In this document: piece after piece, positions 38,701 through 53,700 of the stretch
Layout of the letters: each line of letters begins with the position of its first letter
Position numbering within the stretch: position 1 is the stretch's first letter
Source of the DNA: Chrysomallon squamiferum
Lineage: Eukaryota; Animalia; Mollusca
DNA: 64,000 bases
Assembly (NCBI GenBank): GCA_012295275.1
Contig: CM022679.1
Coordinates: 11,346,001-11,410,000 of the forward strand
Reading direction: 5' to 3'
Notes under the pieces: model-generated
Database searches by the model: none
The model's input: only the letters and a program-made list of their open reading frames with translations
Told to the model about the DNA's origin: nothing
Translations under genes and position numbers: made by a program

Positions 38701-41700
38701 TTCTTGCAGTTATGCTGAGTAGACCTACCTAATTATTTACATGATATTCTGTTCCTACCTTAAAGTCACCTCCTTCAAGTGTATTATTTTCTAAGACTGC
38801 TTCTTTAATTATTTCCAAAGGTGCCAACCCATTAATAGTGGACCTGAAAAGTCAGAGAAGTAAACAGAATAATCTTATTCATAATATGTCTGCCCTGCAG
38901 ATTGCTCAGTTCTAAGTTAAAGTGCATCTGAAAATATGAAACAGATATAATTTTATATTGTTTGTTCTTTTATTTCTGTTTGTAAGAACATATTTACTAA
39001 GGGATAAACAAAAAATTAAATTAAATAAATAACTTCCACTAACTATATGTATATACAACAACACACTAAGTTTTAGAAATTTCTGTCATCAGAAAATTTT
39101 ACACAAATATGTTTATGAAGATAAACAGCCACTGTAAATGGTCAAGGTCATAGACTTTAATTAAATGCAAATTTCTGTGTTTCAATTTAAATTTTTTAAT
39201 ATTATTATTATTTTGTTTTATTTCATTATTTTTTATTTACTTTCTTTAACAAGACATAATTAAATACAAAAATACTGAGCTTTTTAAATAATACAATATA
39301 ACCATGATCTGTAAATATCATGTAAAGATAGTTTGTTCAAAACATTTCAGCTTTTTTCTTACATTTTTTAAGGTAAAAACACAAAAACCATATTTTTCAT
39401 AGATATTCTTACGACAAATGGGAGAATTCTGCTTTAATGAAAACATCATTTGGTGAAAGATTTTTGCAGGATGCAGAAACTGATAAGAAAGTAGTAAGAC
39501 CATTCCATGAGGAGCCAAGAGTTTTCAAGGCTGATGTAACTTTTTCTTTAAGAAGATTTGCCTTCTCTGCAGTACACTTAAGTTGCATATGATATTTTAT
39601 CTTAATGGAAACAGTGAATTTCTGAATCTGTGTATCTGTAAAAAATATAATATAAAAATATGGCAATTTAAATTTAAAAAAAACATGATATATAGTTAAC
39701 CAAAAGTATATTTGTGTGAGTGTGTATATATATATATTTATATAAACTCAAATTTAGTTCATACTGAATACTGGTAATGTTATTTTTGAAAATTGCTTTT
39801 AAATAAATATAAGAAATAAAAAATGTTCTTTCTTTCTTTCGTTCTTTCTTTTAATGCTATCTGGTGGTACAAACTGAAAGATATAATCTTACTGAATGAA
39901 TTATGAAGAAAGAAAAATGTATAAACTGAATTATAGCTACCTATTAATTATAATATATAAAAAGGCTTGATGGTAAATAATAATTGTTAGTTTTGACTGA
40001 ACTAAGTAACAAGACACAAATTACAAATGTCTGGCTAAATTTAATTCAAAATATCGCATTAGACAAAAGCATTATTAAAGAAAAACTTTTTCCTTTGAAC
40101 TATTGGTTAATGGTAACAAAAACAATAGCACATTGTCACCATCAAATGATGCTTTTATTTTATTTATAGAGTTTCATTTAATTTATATTTTGGAATTTTG
40201 TAGTATTTTTATTACATTCTATATCTGCTTGAGATACATTTAATAAAGATTAGTTTATTCATAATTTATCAAATATGTGGTGCAAATTCATAAAGAAGTC
40301 AAAATCCAAAATGAACAGAAACATTATCTCTTTGGTAAAAAAAAGTTAAAACATGAATTTATTACAACAAGAGATAGATATGAGAGCTCCACATTAACTT
40401 TCATAAAATAATAAATATATTCACTAAGTAGTCTATAAAATGTGAAATTTTCTTTAAAGAAATTTTTTAGTTAATATTTTAAAATATACAACTCACCTCC
40501 ACAAGGTGGTTCAACAGCCATCTCAAATGAATTTTTTCTGCTATATGTTCCAAGAACACCACAGTTAATAATGTTTGGCCATGGTATTGCTGGCTTTTCT
40601 GATGATGGACACAAATGTTCAACTCCTTTAGTTGAATCACAAAACTCACTTGAAGAATAGACATCGGCAGCACTGCAGTTTTGTTCTTTATATATAAATA
40701 AAATTATAAGAAATTTAAAAATAAAAAATATTTTTACCCTTTACAAAAACATTCTACCCATCAAGAACTCCATATTAAAAGAGCAAAATTAACATTAGAC
40801 ATAGTCATTTCCACTATATTTATAATACTAATAATTATTTTTTGTTGTTGTTCAACTTGCAGAATGCATTTTATTATTCAGATATCTGTATCAAATAAAT
40901 CTCACAAAACTTATTATTCCACAATAAAAGAGATGAATATTATAGTAATAAATACTGTTGTTAATGGTATACATATTTTTGTATATATACTTTCTTAATC
41001 AGGGTAACTTACTTTTAACATAAACTTTGAAGCGACAATCTCCAATGTTCCCTTCTTGATCAAATGCAGCATGAACGACAGAATAAACACCCCAAGTAAA
41101 CAGATCACCTTTTGAAAGAAAATAACAATAACTTATCTTTTAACAAAACCAAGAAAAACATAATTACATCCAATTAAATTGTTTATAATTTATCTTTCTT
41201 TGTGCATTAGTAGATCATTTAATAAAGCCTCCTGGGATATCAATAAAACAAATTATTCTGTTAGTAAATTTGTGTTTACTTTGATAATTAAACAACATAT
41301 GCAATATGTCCAGTAACATGTAATTTAACAAATTCTGAATGTACAGTTAGATATAGAGTCAATAGTATGTTCTTATGCAACTCATGTTTTTTCATTGTTT
41401 TTTCTCATATTTAACAGATAGAGGACAATATAACAATAGTTTGTATTTTTCTTACTTGAAAGAGATGTTAGTATTTCTCCTTTATCAAAGCTGATTTGTG
41501 GAACAACATTTTTAACTTCCACTGTTCTTTCACTAACAACTCTATTCACAGATGTTGTGGGGCAGCTGTCAGCAGATGGTTTAACCCTATCTGAATTTTA
41601 AAAAAGAGAATGAAATAAAACAAGTTTCTTTATGTTATAATAATCAAGAAATAAGTATATATTTTATGTTTCAATAATGTAAATTAATGGGCTTTACCAA

Positions 41701-44700
41701 TAGAAGATATTTATATTATGTTATATGGAATGCAATCTGTTATAATTTGCTTTATTAGCTAGAAAAAAAAAATAGACTTATGTGTAATACATCATTAAAA
41801 CACCTTTGATAGAACCAAACAGCTTAAAGTCAGATGTGAAATTATTAGATGCACACTGAAAATACCTTTCATTTGTAGCAAAACAATATATATATGTGGA
41901 TGGTTTTAACTGAAGATATAGAATTGATGATCCATTAACATACCCATTTTATTTTCACATGTTTTGTCCATATAACGTGATACATTACAAAGTTTTTCTT
42001 CAGACTTTGCTAAGCTAGGTGTTAATCTCCAAGCAGATTTTGTTAAAATGAGGTTATGCCATCCAAACGCCAGATCATACTCAGGAACAAACGTGGGGAT
42101 TCTAATGACTTTAAATATTTCATCATCAGATAAAACATCTCGCCATACTGTCAGCTGTGATATGTATCCCATGAACTGGCTGTCAAACACAAGTCTCATA
42201 AGCCTAAAAACATTTTAATGTTAAAATTCACTATGATATTAATAATATATTTCTTAAGAAAAGAAAAGGTCTGAACATAAAAAGAATCCTTGAATTGTTT
42301 TTTCTGAAAATTTTCACAAAATATTACAATTTAAAAAAGTAAACAAACCAACTAATTACTGAATTTCATTCACAATAACATAAAACCTACAGATTAAACA
42401 ATCATTCATTGACATACTGATAGCATTAATTGTTTTTTTGTTTTTTGTTGTTGTTGTTTTGAGGTCATTTATTTATTTATTTTATTTTTTATTATTATTA
42501 TTTTATTTAAATTTTTTATTTATTTTTAGTCCAATATGACTTTTACTTAATAAAAAGCAAACTGTTTAATATAAAATTAAATTATCATATTAAAATGGAA
42601 ATCATTATTATGTACTTACTGATTATTTAATGAAAGAGGTTTTGTATCAGATTCAGTTATAACGCCATTAACAATAAGTTTATATTTTCCATCTGACTGC
42701 CAGGTTACTGCAATGTGATTCCATTTTCCTGATTGTACTTGTGACATTGAAACATTCTCATCCAAAAAGATTACTTTGTCAGTCATAACTTCAAAAAGTT
42801 TGGCTTCCTTGATGCTGGAAATAAATCACAATATCAACACAATGGTTAATGGTTTGGGGAAAGAAAAAACAAGAAAAAAAAAAAGGGCTTTCAGACATTA
42901 TGCTATAGAATAAATGTTTCCACAATCATGTATGGAACACATTCTTAATATCTCTCTTTCTCTATGTATGTGTGTGTGTGTGATCTCTGTGTATGTATGC
43001 ATGTTAAGGTCTACACAGATAATTAGACAGAAAACCAGCTGTCATCTTGCAAGGGTCAGTTAATAATTAAATATTGTCTTAAGAGAGAATTACCAGAGTG
43101 CTAAGGAGTGTTTTTCCTGCAACCAATATCATTTCAGGCTAGTGCTCTATCAATGAGCTTACATATAAAATGAAACCAAATAGGAACAAAACAAATTATT
43201 ATATTTTATAATTAAAATAATTTAGTAATTAACTAATATTTGCCATGAGTATATAATACCTTTTCTTCAACTTTTTCTTTTTTTCTATCATGAAGAAATC
43301 CTGATTAATAAATGTTATTTTGTTTTGTCCTAATCAAATTAGTCTAAGACATAATCTTTCCACTGAAAAATAAATCCAGTTTCTAATTGTTAATTTTCTC
43401 AAAAGAGATAACACTATGAACATTCTGGCTGGATTGCTGGGAAATGTTTGAGACTTATTGAAAAATACTGTATTGGCAAAATACTGCTAATGGAATGTGT
43501 CAAGCATTATATGACAAATTGCACTTGATAGCATAATCTGATATCTCAGAAGTAAAATTAGGCTGTCAAAAACAAGTAAAGTAAAGCAAAACAATTTGTG
43601 ACTGATATATTTAACTGCATTTAATTCACAGAAAGCTTATGATTTGTCATGAGAAATAGGACATAATCTAATCAATGCAAATCAGACATGACTTCTTGTA
43701 TATGACAAAAATCATTACAGTAGGTGATCTCATGGTACAAGTCAATGACCTGTACAGAAGTCAGTGCAATCTGTTACACTGAGAAAACATTCTTTTGATG
43801 TGATTGTCAAAATGAACTGTAAAATCAACAAGAAAATGAAACAGTTCATTTACCAGTAATTAAATTTTAATGTTTTAGACATAAAAAATTGCACCAATTA
43901 CAATGTGTGAATCAAAAAATTTCTTCTTAGGCTTTTGTTTGTCAAAACTGTGCATCTTTTATGATTTTGTCATTATTTGCATTGTAAGTTATTAATCTTA
44001 ATACAACTGATATATTAAACATTAGTTGGGTTGAACAAATTCACAAAGAGTGAATAAGGAAAATAAAGGTAAAAGTCTGTTGACTTAATTAATTGACATT
44101 TAAACCTAACTCAGCTAGTAGTTATGCTGTATCAGTATTAAGATATATGTAAATCAGTAAAAATGATTGCCTACAAATAACTTTAAAACCTGCATGTCAG
44201 GAAATTATATTTGAGTTTCCACATTATTGTGTATGTTCAATGTAATTAAATATAGATATATACTTGTTTTGGATCCTAAAAACTGATCCACTGGACATGT
44301 TAGTCAAAAGACCAATCCAAAACATCACTGTCAAGTTCCCAAGACTATTAAATTTAAAAGGCTGACTTGATAGAACTTCATCAGAAATCAAGTGTTTGTC
44401 AAACCATAAGTCAAAATCATTTGATCCATCTGTAAAATAAAAATATGTTTAAAATATCAAAGAATGTATTCTACATGATAACAGTTAATCTTCTTTCTTT
44501 TCCTTTTTAATTCAGAATTATTTTTAAATAAAGCTAATGCCATTTTTAAATCTGATGTAAAAATACAGATCATTTTCAATTTTTGCCAAAATAATAAAAA
44601 ATAATTAATACATATCAACTATTTTTAAAATATACTTAAATTTTATTTTTTATTTTAAAATAAAATTAAAATTAAAAATTTGCAGATAATTCGGCAAGAG

Positions 44701-47700
44701 GTATTTATATGAGACCTAATTAGACCAATTTTATGAAAGGATATTGTTATCCAAATAGCATATATACTGTAGCAACAGAGGAACTTTGTTTGTTGTTGTT
44801 TGTTACTCAACAATGTGTTCAAAACATTTTTAATCTAATTTACAGAATTTTAAAAACTATTTGTGCTAACATACAGTAGCTCTGTGACAAGTTTTTAATA
44901 AATAATCCACCGAATGTATTATTCTCAGTATCAATGACATGAATTATTAAAGAACATAGATGTAAATTTAAAATGTCCTGCCATAAACAAACACAATTCT
45001 TTGTTAGATCGCATAAAAAATTCACTACATCTATATAATAGTTTATGAAATCACTGTCTACTGACAAATTCAATCTTTCAAATGCAAAACAATATAATGA
45101 GAACATGATTCATAAAATGTTAAAATTGATGTTTACCTTTACACTGGTCCCCTACACGGACTTGTCTAGCTGGACACAGACAGTACTTGTTTCTTTCATC
45201 AAACTCACAGCTTTGTGAAGCTGGACAGGTTTTGTTATCACACAGTGGTACCATTTGATCACAGTTAACTCCTTGGTAGCCTGAAATTATGTTGTAACAT
45301 AACAGAAAGGAGATTTAAGTATAAGCAAATGAATCCACAAGGTTAATCCATATATCAGTTTCATCATTTGCAGAGGTTTTATGCATAAGTCTGTGCTGAA
45401 TCTGATTCAATTCAAAGTAAATGTTATCTTAATTAATTATTGGGGTTTTTTCCGATTCAGAATATGCATTTAGCATTTTTTATATAGTTTGGCTACCCTA
45501 AAAATTCCTCATGGCACTTACCCTCAGAACATACACATTTATAACCAATATTTTCTGTAACACAATCTCCTACTGGACTGCAAGGATTTGAAGAACATGA
45601 ATCTTTAATCAACTGACAGGATACACCAGTATAATCTACAAAATTATTGAGAGAAATATTATGTAATGTTTTATTATTACATTTTATATTTTATTAATTT
45701 GTTTAACATTAGTATATTTATCATAGTGTTGGTCATATTTAACAAACCAGAAACTAGTGTATCAATGAATGATATTAAAATGATGTGTCTGATGTTAGAA
45801 AAAATATAAAATAATAAATATATAAATAAATAAATAAACCATTGATCTTTGTGACTGGTCTATGTCCTAGCTTACTCCTTTTTTTCTTGTATTATTATGA
45901 ATCAAAAAGTATGATCATCTGAAAATAAACTTGTCAATACTAAGCTTGCTCGAAGATTGATTTGCTCATTAAGCAAAACAGCTGCTGTCTTCTCTACTCA
46001 CTTTTCTGACATGTGCAATAGGCAGTTCCACTAGCATCATTGCAGCTTCCATTATTTGTGCATAGATCAACACGTGAACAAACTGAAGGGGATGTTTCAC
46101 AATGTTTTCCCTGAGTTCCAGGTGAACAACTGGAAAACAATTATAACTTCATTTTAACAATTTAACTAAAGTAATTTATATCAGTTTCATCTCTTTAAAT
46201 TTTTAGAAAACTACATTTGAACAATTACACCTTACATGCTTAAGACTGTAAATGTCAAATATAATTCAGGGATAAAATAGCACAAGTAATTAATATTGAC
46301 ATTTTATGATACATTATGCTTTATCAAGAATAAAGTATTTTAATGTCAGCATTTTCAGTAAAAGTGTCTTCATATCCTGAGTATAATTATTAGTTGATTA
46401 ATAATACCTGCAGTAAAAAGTATCCTGGAGATTGTAACATTGGCCGTTATAGGAGCAGGTTGTATCATTACAAAAGCTGTATGGATCTTCACAAGTTTTT
46501 CCAGTCCAACCCATTGGACAGTCACATGCAAAATCATTATCAAGATCAGTGCAGTTACCTCCATGTCGACATGGTTGAGACAGACATTCATCAATGGCAT
46601 CCTTTAAAAAAACAAATATTTAAAAAAATATATTTACTGTTTCCTCAAAAGAAATATTTGAAATTAAGATACCAAAATTCTCAACTGAAATCATCTCCAG
46701 AGATACTTAAAGGATAGAAAATATAAATAAAATCCAAAGAGGTAAAGGGCTGATTTTACTAAGTGAATATAATGTAATTTGTATTTTCAGTCTTGGTTAA
46801 GAGTATTATTAAAAGCATATAGTAGTGATAATATTCTTCAAACAATTATTGCAGAACTGTAAATATACATTTTACAAAACACTTAAATCTGCACTATAAA
46901 TTAAATATAAGTACTTTAACATATTAGCAAAATACATACACTACAGTTTTTCCCTGTGTATCCAGGCTTGCATAAACAGATATAGTCATTTAAAAGATCT
47001 GTACAGTTTTCTGTGTTGCTGCTTTGACACAGGCAATCATCCATGTTTCTATCACAGTTAGGACCTGCATAAAATATTAAATCAGATTAACAGTTCACTT
47101 TGAATTCACCAATACAGCAGCTTAAGAATTGCTGTTCATATCCCAAGTTAACAGAAATTATTACTGCATTTCATAATTCAAACAAAAGTATTTGACATAA
47201 TAATAATAATAATAATAATAATATTTATGATCACAAATACAAACTTAATTCATTGTGAATAATAATTCTGATAAAGGTACACTATTGATTTTCTGGAACC
47301 TTTGGTTCATAAATCTTTTGGAATTAGCAGTTTTTGCTATCAAGGTGCATTTGCATCATGTTATTTTAGATGATGTATTGCCAGTGATGGGAAGTTACAT
47401 AAGACTGGGACATTCAGGTTTACTATTTAAAATTCTGACCAAAACAGCAGCCAGCTTTGATCATTTTAAAAACCATTATCCCTTATACAGCTAACATTTG
47501 TATTATTAGGACTTAAATGTAACTTATATAAAAGAGTAGTTAACATAAAATACTTCCATCAGCCTTTTTGTGTGTGTTTTTTTTTTTTTTTTTTTTTTTG
47601 AAGACCATGATATAAAGAAAAGGTGTACTAACTGAAAATGTGCTGCAACAGTAGGCTGTTCTCACTTTAATTTAAAAATTACAATTTATGCTATGTATTA

Positions 47701-50700
47701 GTCAGTCAAAATCATTTAATATTTCCAAATTTCAAACTAGTATGATCAAGTTTCCATTTTTATCTGACACCATGAGTCACTATTACTGGAAGTATCCACT
47801 ATTTTTACCTGTTTGTCAGCTTTCAATTTGGGATGTCGATTTTTGTACTAATGAGACAGAAAACCTTTTTGTATGGATATTCTTTGTGATTCTGAGACTG
47901 ATATCATTAAGTGTTTTCATATAAAAATTAATAATTATCCATTTGTCATAATATATATTTTAAAGCTCATTACCATCAGATCTTATTTATTTCTTAATTC
48001 CCAAAATGTTTAGATAAATATACAGAAGAAAATGTGACTCACAAAGAGTGAAGGAATTCAATGTATCAATTAAATAAATATATCTGAATTCACAAATATG
48101 TTAACATTCAATTAGTAGTATTAATAATTACCTTCCCAGCCTTCATCACAGTTACATGTATAATTTTCATGGAGATCTTCACATTTCCCATGAGCACAAG
48201 GCTTAGCAGCACAGNNNNNNNNNNNNNNNNNNNNNNNNNNNNNNNNNNNNNNNNNNNNNNNNNNNNNNNNNNNNNNNNNNNNNNNNNNNNNNNNNNNNNN
48301 NNNNNNNNNNNNNNNNNNNNNNNNNNNNNNNNNNNNNNNNNNNNNNNNNNNNNNNNNNNNNNNNNNNNNNNNNNNNNNNNNNNNNNNNNNNNNNNNNNNN
48401 NNNNNNNNNNNNNNGGTGTTAATCTCCATGCAGATTTTGTTAAAATGAGGTCATACCATCCAAACACCAGATCATACTCAGGAACATATGTGGGTTTTGA
48501 AATGTGCTTAAGTATTTCTAAGTATGATAAGGCATCTCTCCATACTGTCAGATGTGATATGTATCCCATGAACTTGCTGTCAAACACAAGTCTCATAAGC
48601 CTAAAAACATTTGAATGTTAAAATTCAATATGATATTAATGATGCATTTCTTAAGAAAGGAAAAGGTCTGTACATAAAAATATTACTGGGGGTTGTTTTT
48701 TGCTGATGTTTTTGACAAAATATTACAATTTAAGAAAAGAAAACAAACCAACAAACTGATTACTGAATTCCATTCTGCATTGAATTTCAAAATAATTTTA
48801 TGAACATCCTTAACATTCAAAATGTACACGCTACAGACCAAAACATTACAAACACAGAAAATATCAACTGCTATTAAATTTAATTAATTAATTTTATTAT
48901 TATAGCACAAAAACTACAGATGAAAAAGACATTCATTAATATACTGACAAGATAACAGTAATAATTTACATACATACATACTTACATACATATATTTACA
49001 ATTTTTAATTTTACTTTTCAAAAAATTTATATTTACTTTAATTTTTGTTGTTGGTTTTTGGAGTTTTATTTATTTATTTATTTATTTTGAATTTATTATT
49101 ATTATTATTTTTGTTTTTGTAACATCAATGTGACTTTACTTAATCAAAAGCAAACTATTTTATATAAAACTAAAATTATTATAACATTAAAATGGAAATC
49201 ATTATTATGTACTTACTGATTATTTAATGAAAGAGGTTTTGTACCAGATTCAGTTATGATGCCATTAACAATAAGTTTATATTTTCCATCTGACTGCCAG
49301 GTTACTGCAATGTGATTCCATTTTCCTGATTGTATATGGAACATTGAAACATTCTCATTCAAAAAGATTACTTTGTCAGTCATGACTTCAAAAAGTTTGG
49401 CCTCATTGATGCTGAAAAGAATTATTATAAAAATACAATATAATAGTCATTATGCTATAAAATAAATGTTTTGCAAATCATGTAAGCAATGCAATTTTAA
49501 TTTGTTTAGCTCTCTGTCTGTGTGTGTGTGTGTGTGTATGTGTGTGTGTTAAGGTCTACACAGATAATTAGATAGAAAACCAGCTGTCATCATGCAATCA
49601 GCTAGTATTTTTCAGTTAGCAGTAACAGTTCTTTTATATGCAACTTCTCATGGTCAAGACAGCATGCATCATAGGCTTTGATACATTAGTAATTAAATAC
49701 TGTTTTGATAGAGAAATACTGGAGTCCTAAGGAGAGTTTATCCTGCAACCAGTCTCATATCAGGTTAGTGTTCTATCAATCAACTTATAACAATATAATA
49801 TGAAACCAAAAGGGAACAAAACAAATTATTAAATCTTATAATTAAAATAATTTAGTAATTATCTAATATTTGCTTTGAGTATATAAATACCTTTTCTTCT
49901 ACATATTTCATTTTTTTCTATCATAAAGAAATCCTGATTAGTCTAAGACATAATCTTTCCACTCAAAACTAAATTCAGTTTCTAATTGTTAATTTTCTCA
50001 AAGGAGATAATGGTACGAGCCTTACGGCTGTGTTGCTGGGAAATGATTTGAGACTTCCTAAAAATCACTGTTTTGGCAAACAGATACTGCTAATGGAATG
50101 TTGCAATTATGAGACAAATTGCACATGACTTGTAGCATAATCAGATATCTCAGAAGTAAAATTCGGCTGTCAAAAATTAATAAAAGCAAACCAAAAGAAT
50201 TTAAGTCTGATATATTTAACTGCATTTAATCAGTAGAAAGCATATTATTTGTCATGAGAAATAGGAAATAATCTAATCAATGCAAATATTGACAAAAATC
50301 ATTACAGTTTAGGTGATTTCATGGTCTAATTTAGAGACTGGTACAAAAATCACTCTTTTGATGTGATTGTCAAAATGAGCTGTCTAATCAACAAGAAAAT
50401 AAAACAGTTCATTTACCAGTAGTGTGCTTTTAATTTTTTAAATAAGAAAAATGGTACAAATTTCATGAACCAAAAGATCTCTTTTTAAGCTTTTTTGTCA
50501 AAATAGTGCATCTTTTATGATATTTTCCTTTTAATCAAGTGTTAGTGTCCAGTGAGTGTCATAGAAAGTTAAACATATTTGCATTGTTGATTATTAATCT
50601 TGATAAATACAATATATCAGACATTAGTTAGGTTGAACATCTTCACAAACAGATACAAAGGCAAATAAAGGTACAAGTCTGTTGCCAAATTAATTAGCAT

Positions 50701-53700
50701 TTAAACCTAACTCAGCTAGTAGTTATGCTACATCAGTGTAAAGATACATCTAAATTAGTAATAATTATTGCCTAAAAATAATTTTAAAACCTGAATGTTA
50801 GTAAATTAGATTTTAGTTTCCAAATGTTAATATCTATTTAAAATCATCATTCAGATCCACCACTGTATTAGTGTACTCATGATAATTAAATGTAGATATA
50901 TACTTGTTTTGGATCCTAAAAATGGATCCACTTGATATGTTAGTCAAAAGACCAATCCAAAACATCACTGTCAAGTTCCCAAGACTATTAAATTTAAAAG
51001 GCTGACTTGATAGAACTTCATCAGAAATCAAGCGTTTGTCAAACCATAAGTCAAAATCATTTGATCCATCTGTAAAATAAACATTTGTTTAAAATGTCAA
51101 AGAATGTATTCTCCATAACAGTTAATCTTCTTTCTTTTCCTTTTTAAATTCTGAATTATGTTTAACACAAGCTAACATCATTTTTAAATCCAATGATAAA
51201 ATAAAGATTGTTTTCAATTTTTGCCAAAATAATGAAAAATAATTACAAAAGGTTTTATTTTTAAAAAAATATAATAATTAAAAACTGCCAGGTCATTTGG
51301 CAAGAGGTATTTATATGAGACCTAAATAGACCAATTTTATGAAAAATATTGTTGTCCAAATACAATAGTAACAGAAGAATCTTGTTTGTTGTTGTTAATT
51401 ACTCAAAAATGTGCTCAAAACATTTTTAATCTAATTTACAGAATTTTAGAAACTATTTGTGCTAACATATTGTAGCTTTGTGACAAGTTCTTAATTAAAA
51501 AATCCACTTGAATGCATTATTCTAAATGACATGAATTACCAAAGAATATAGATGTAAATTTAAAATTTCCACCAATAACAATCAAAATTCTATGTTACAT
51601 AGCACAAAAAATCACAAATTTTAAAAGGTCAAAGTACACAAAATACAATCAACTCAGTATACCGCTGACCAAATTATTACTATCACACAGGACAAATTCA
51701 CTACATCTATATAATAATTTACAAAATCTGACTCTGCTGACAAATTAAATCTTTCAAATACAAAACAATATAATGAGAACATGATTCATAAAATATTAAA
51801 ATTGATGTTTACCTTTACACTGGTCCCCTACAGGAACTTGTCCAGCTGGACACAGACAGTACTTGTTTCTTTCATCGAACTCACAGCTTTGTGAAGCTGG
51901 ACAGGTTTTGTTATCACACAGTGGTACTATCTGATCACAGTTAACTCCTTGGTAGCCTGAAATTATGTTGCAATATAACAGAAAGGAGATTTAAGTATAA
52001 GCAAATGAATCATCAAGATTAATCCATATATTTGCCAAGTTTTTATTGCATAAGTGTGTGCTGAATCTGATTCAATTCAAAGTAAGTGTTATTGTTTCTG
52101 TTTTTCTGATTTAAAATATTCGTTCAGTACTTTTTTATATAGTTAGGCTACCAAAAATACAATCAAAAATTCTTCATGGCACTTACCTTCAGTGCATTTA
52201 CATTTATAACCAATATTTTCTGTAACACAGTCTCCTCCTGGACTGCAAGGATTTGAAGAACATGAATCTTTAATCAACTGACAGGATACACCAGTATAAT
52301 CTACAAAATTATTGAGAGAAATATTATGTAATGTATTACATTTTATATTTTATTAATTTGTTTAACATTATTATATTTATCATAGTTGATCATTTTGATG
52401 TAATTTTTAACAAACAAGAATCTGGTGTATCAATTAATGATACTAGAATGAAGTAACTTATATTAAAATAAAATAAAAAATTAACCATTGACCTTTGTGA
52501 CTGGACTATGTCATAACTTAGTCGTTTTTTTGTTGTTTTTTAATTTGTTTTTCTTGTATTATTATGAATCATAAATTATTACCATCTAAACATAAACTTA
52601 TCAACATAATGCTTACTCAGAAATTGTTTTACTCATTAAGCAAAACAACTGATATCTTCTCTACTCACTTTGCTGACATGTACAATAGGCAGTTCCACTA
52701 ATTTCATTGCAGTACCCATTATTTATGCATGGATCAATATGTGAACAAACTGAATATGATGTTTCACAATTTTCTCCCTGAGTTCCAGGTGAACAACTAG
52801 AAAACAATTACAACTTCATATATATAAAAATGACTAAACCCCACATTTAACAGCTTAATAAAAAAAAATGATATCATGATCATCTCTTCAGTTTTTTCAG
52901 ATCACCTCCTTTAAATAATTACACAGTATATTCATAACACTCTAAATGCCAATAATAATTTTTATTCAGGGATAACACATGACAAATAATTAATAGTCAC
53001 ATTTTATGATACATTATGTTTTATAAAAAATAAAGTATTTTAATTTTGTATTTTCAACAAAAATGTATTCATATCCTGAGTATAATTATTAGTTGATTAA
53101 TGATACCTGCAGTAAAAAGTATCCTGGAGATTGTAACATTGGCCGTTATTGGAGCAGGTTTTATCATTACAAAAGCTGTATGGATCTTCACAAGTTTTTC
53201 CATCCCAACCCATCGGACAGTCACATGTAAAATCATTATCAAGATCAGTGCAGTTACCACCATGTTGACATGGTAGAGACAGACATTCATCAATGGTGTC
53301 CTTTAAAACATTTATAGTTTTCTCAAAAGAAATATTGGAAATTAAGATACCAAAATTCTCAACTGAAATCATCTCCAGAGATGCTTAAAGAATAGAAAAT
53401 ATAAATAAAATCCAAAGAGGTAAAGGGCTGATTTGACTAAGTGAATGTAATGTAATTTGTATTTTCAGTCTTGGTTAAGAATATTATTAAGAGTATATAG
53501 TAGTGATAATATTCTTCAAAAAATTCTTCTAGAACCGCAAAAATAACTGAAACAAATATAAAGCATTATATATTTTAGAAAACACTTAAATCTGCATTAC
53601 AAATTAAATATAAGTACTTTAACATATTAGCAAAATACGTACACTACAGTTTTTCCCTGTGTATCCAGGCTTGCATAAACACATATAGTCATTTAAAAGA

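Noticed and set aside
38590-38758. Apparent premature stop in a SEA-like exon
   Set aside because: A phase-0 GTAGGA donor at 38758 precedes the stop and joins in frame to the exon at 37796.
40673-40685. Apparent phase mismatch after the HYR exon
   Set aside because: Resolved by using the upstream acceptor (exon start 40685), which restores the frame.
48108-48621. Long ORFs across the N run
   Set aside because: Artefacts of translating through the assembly gap.
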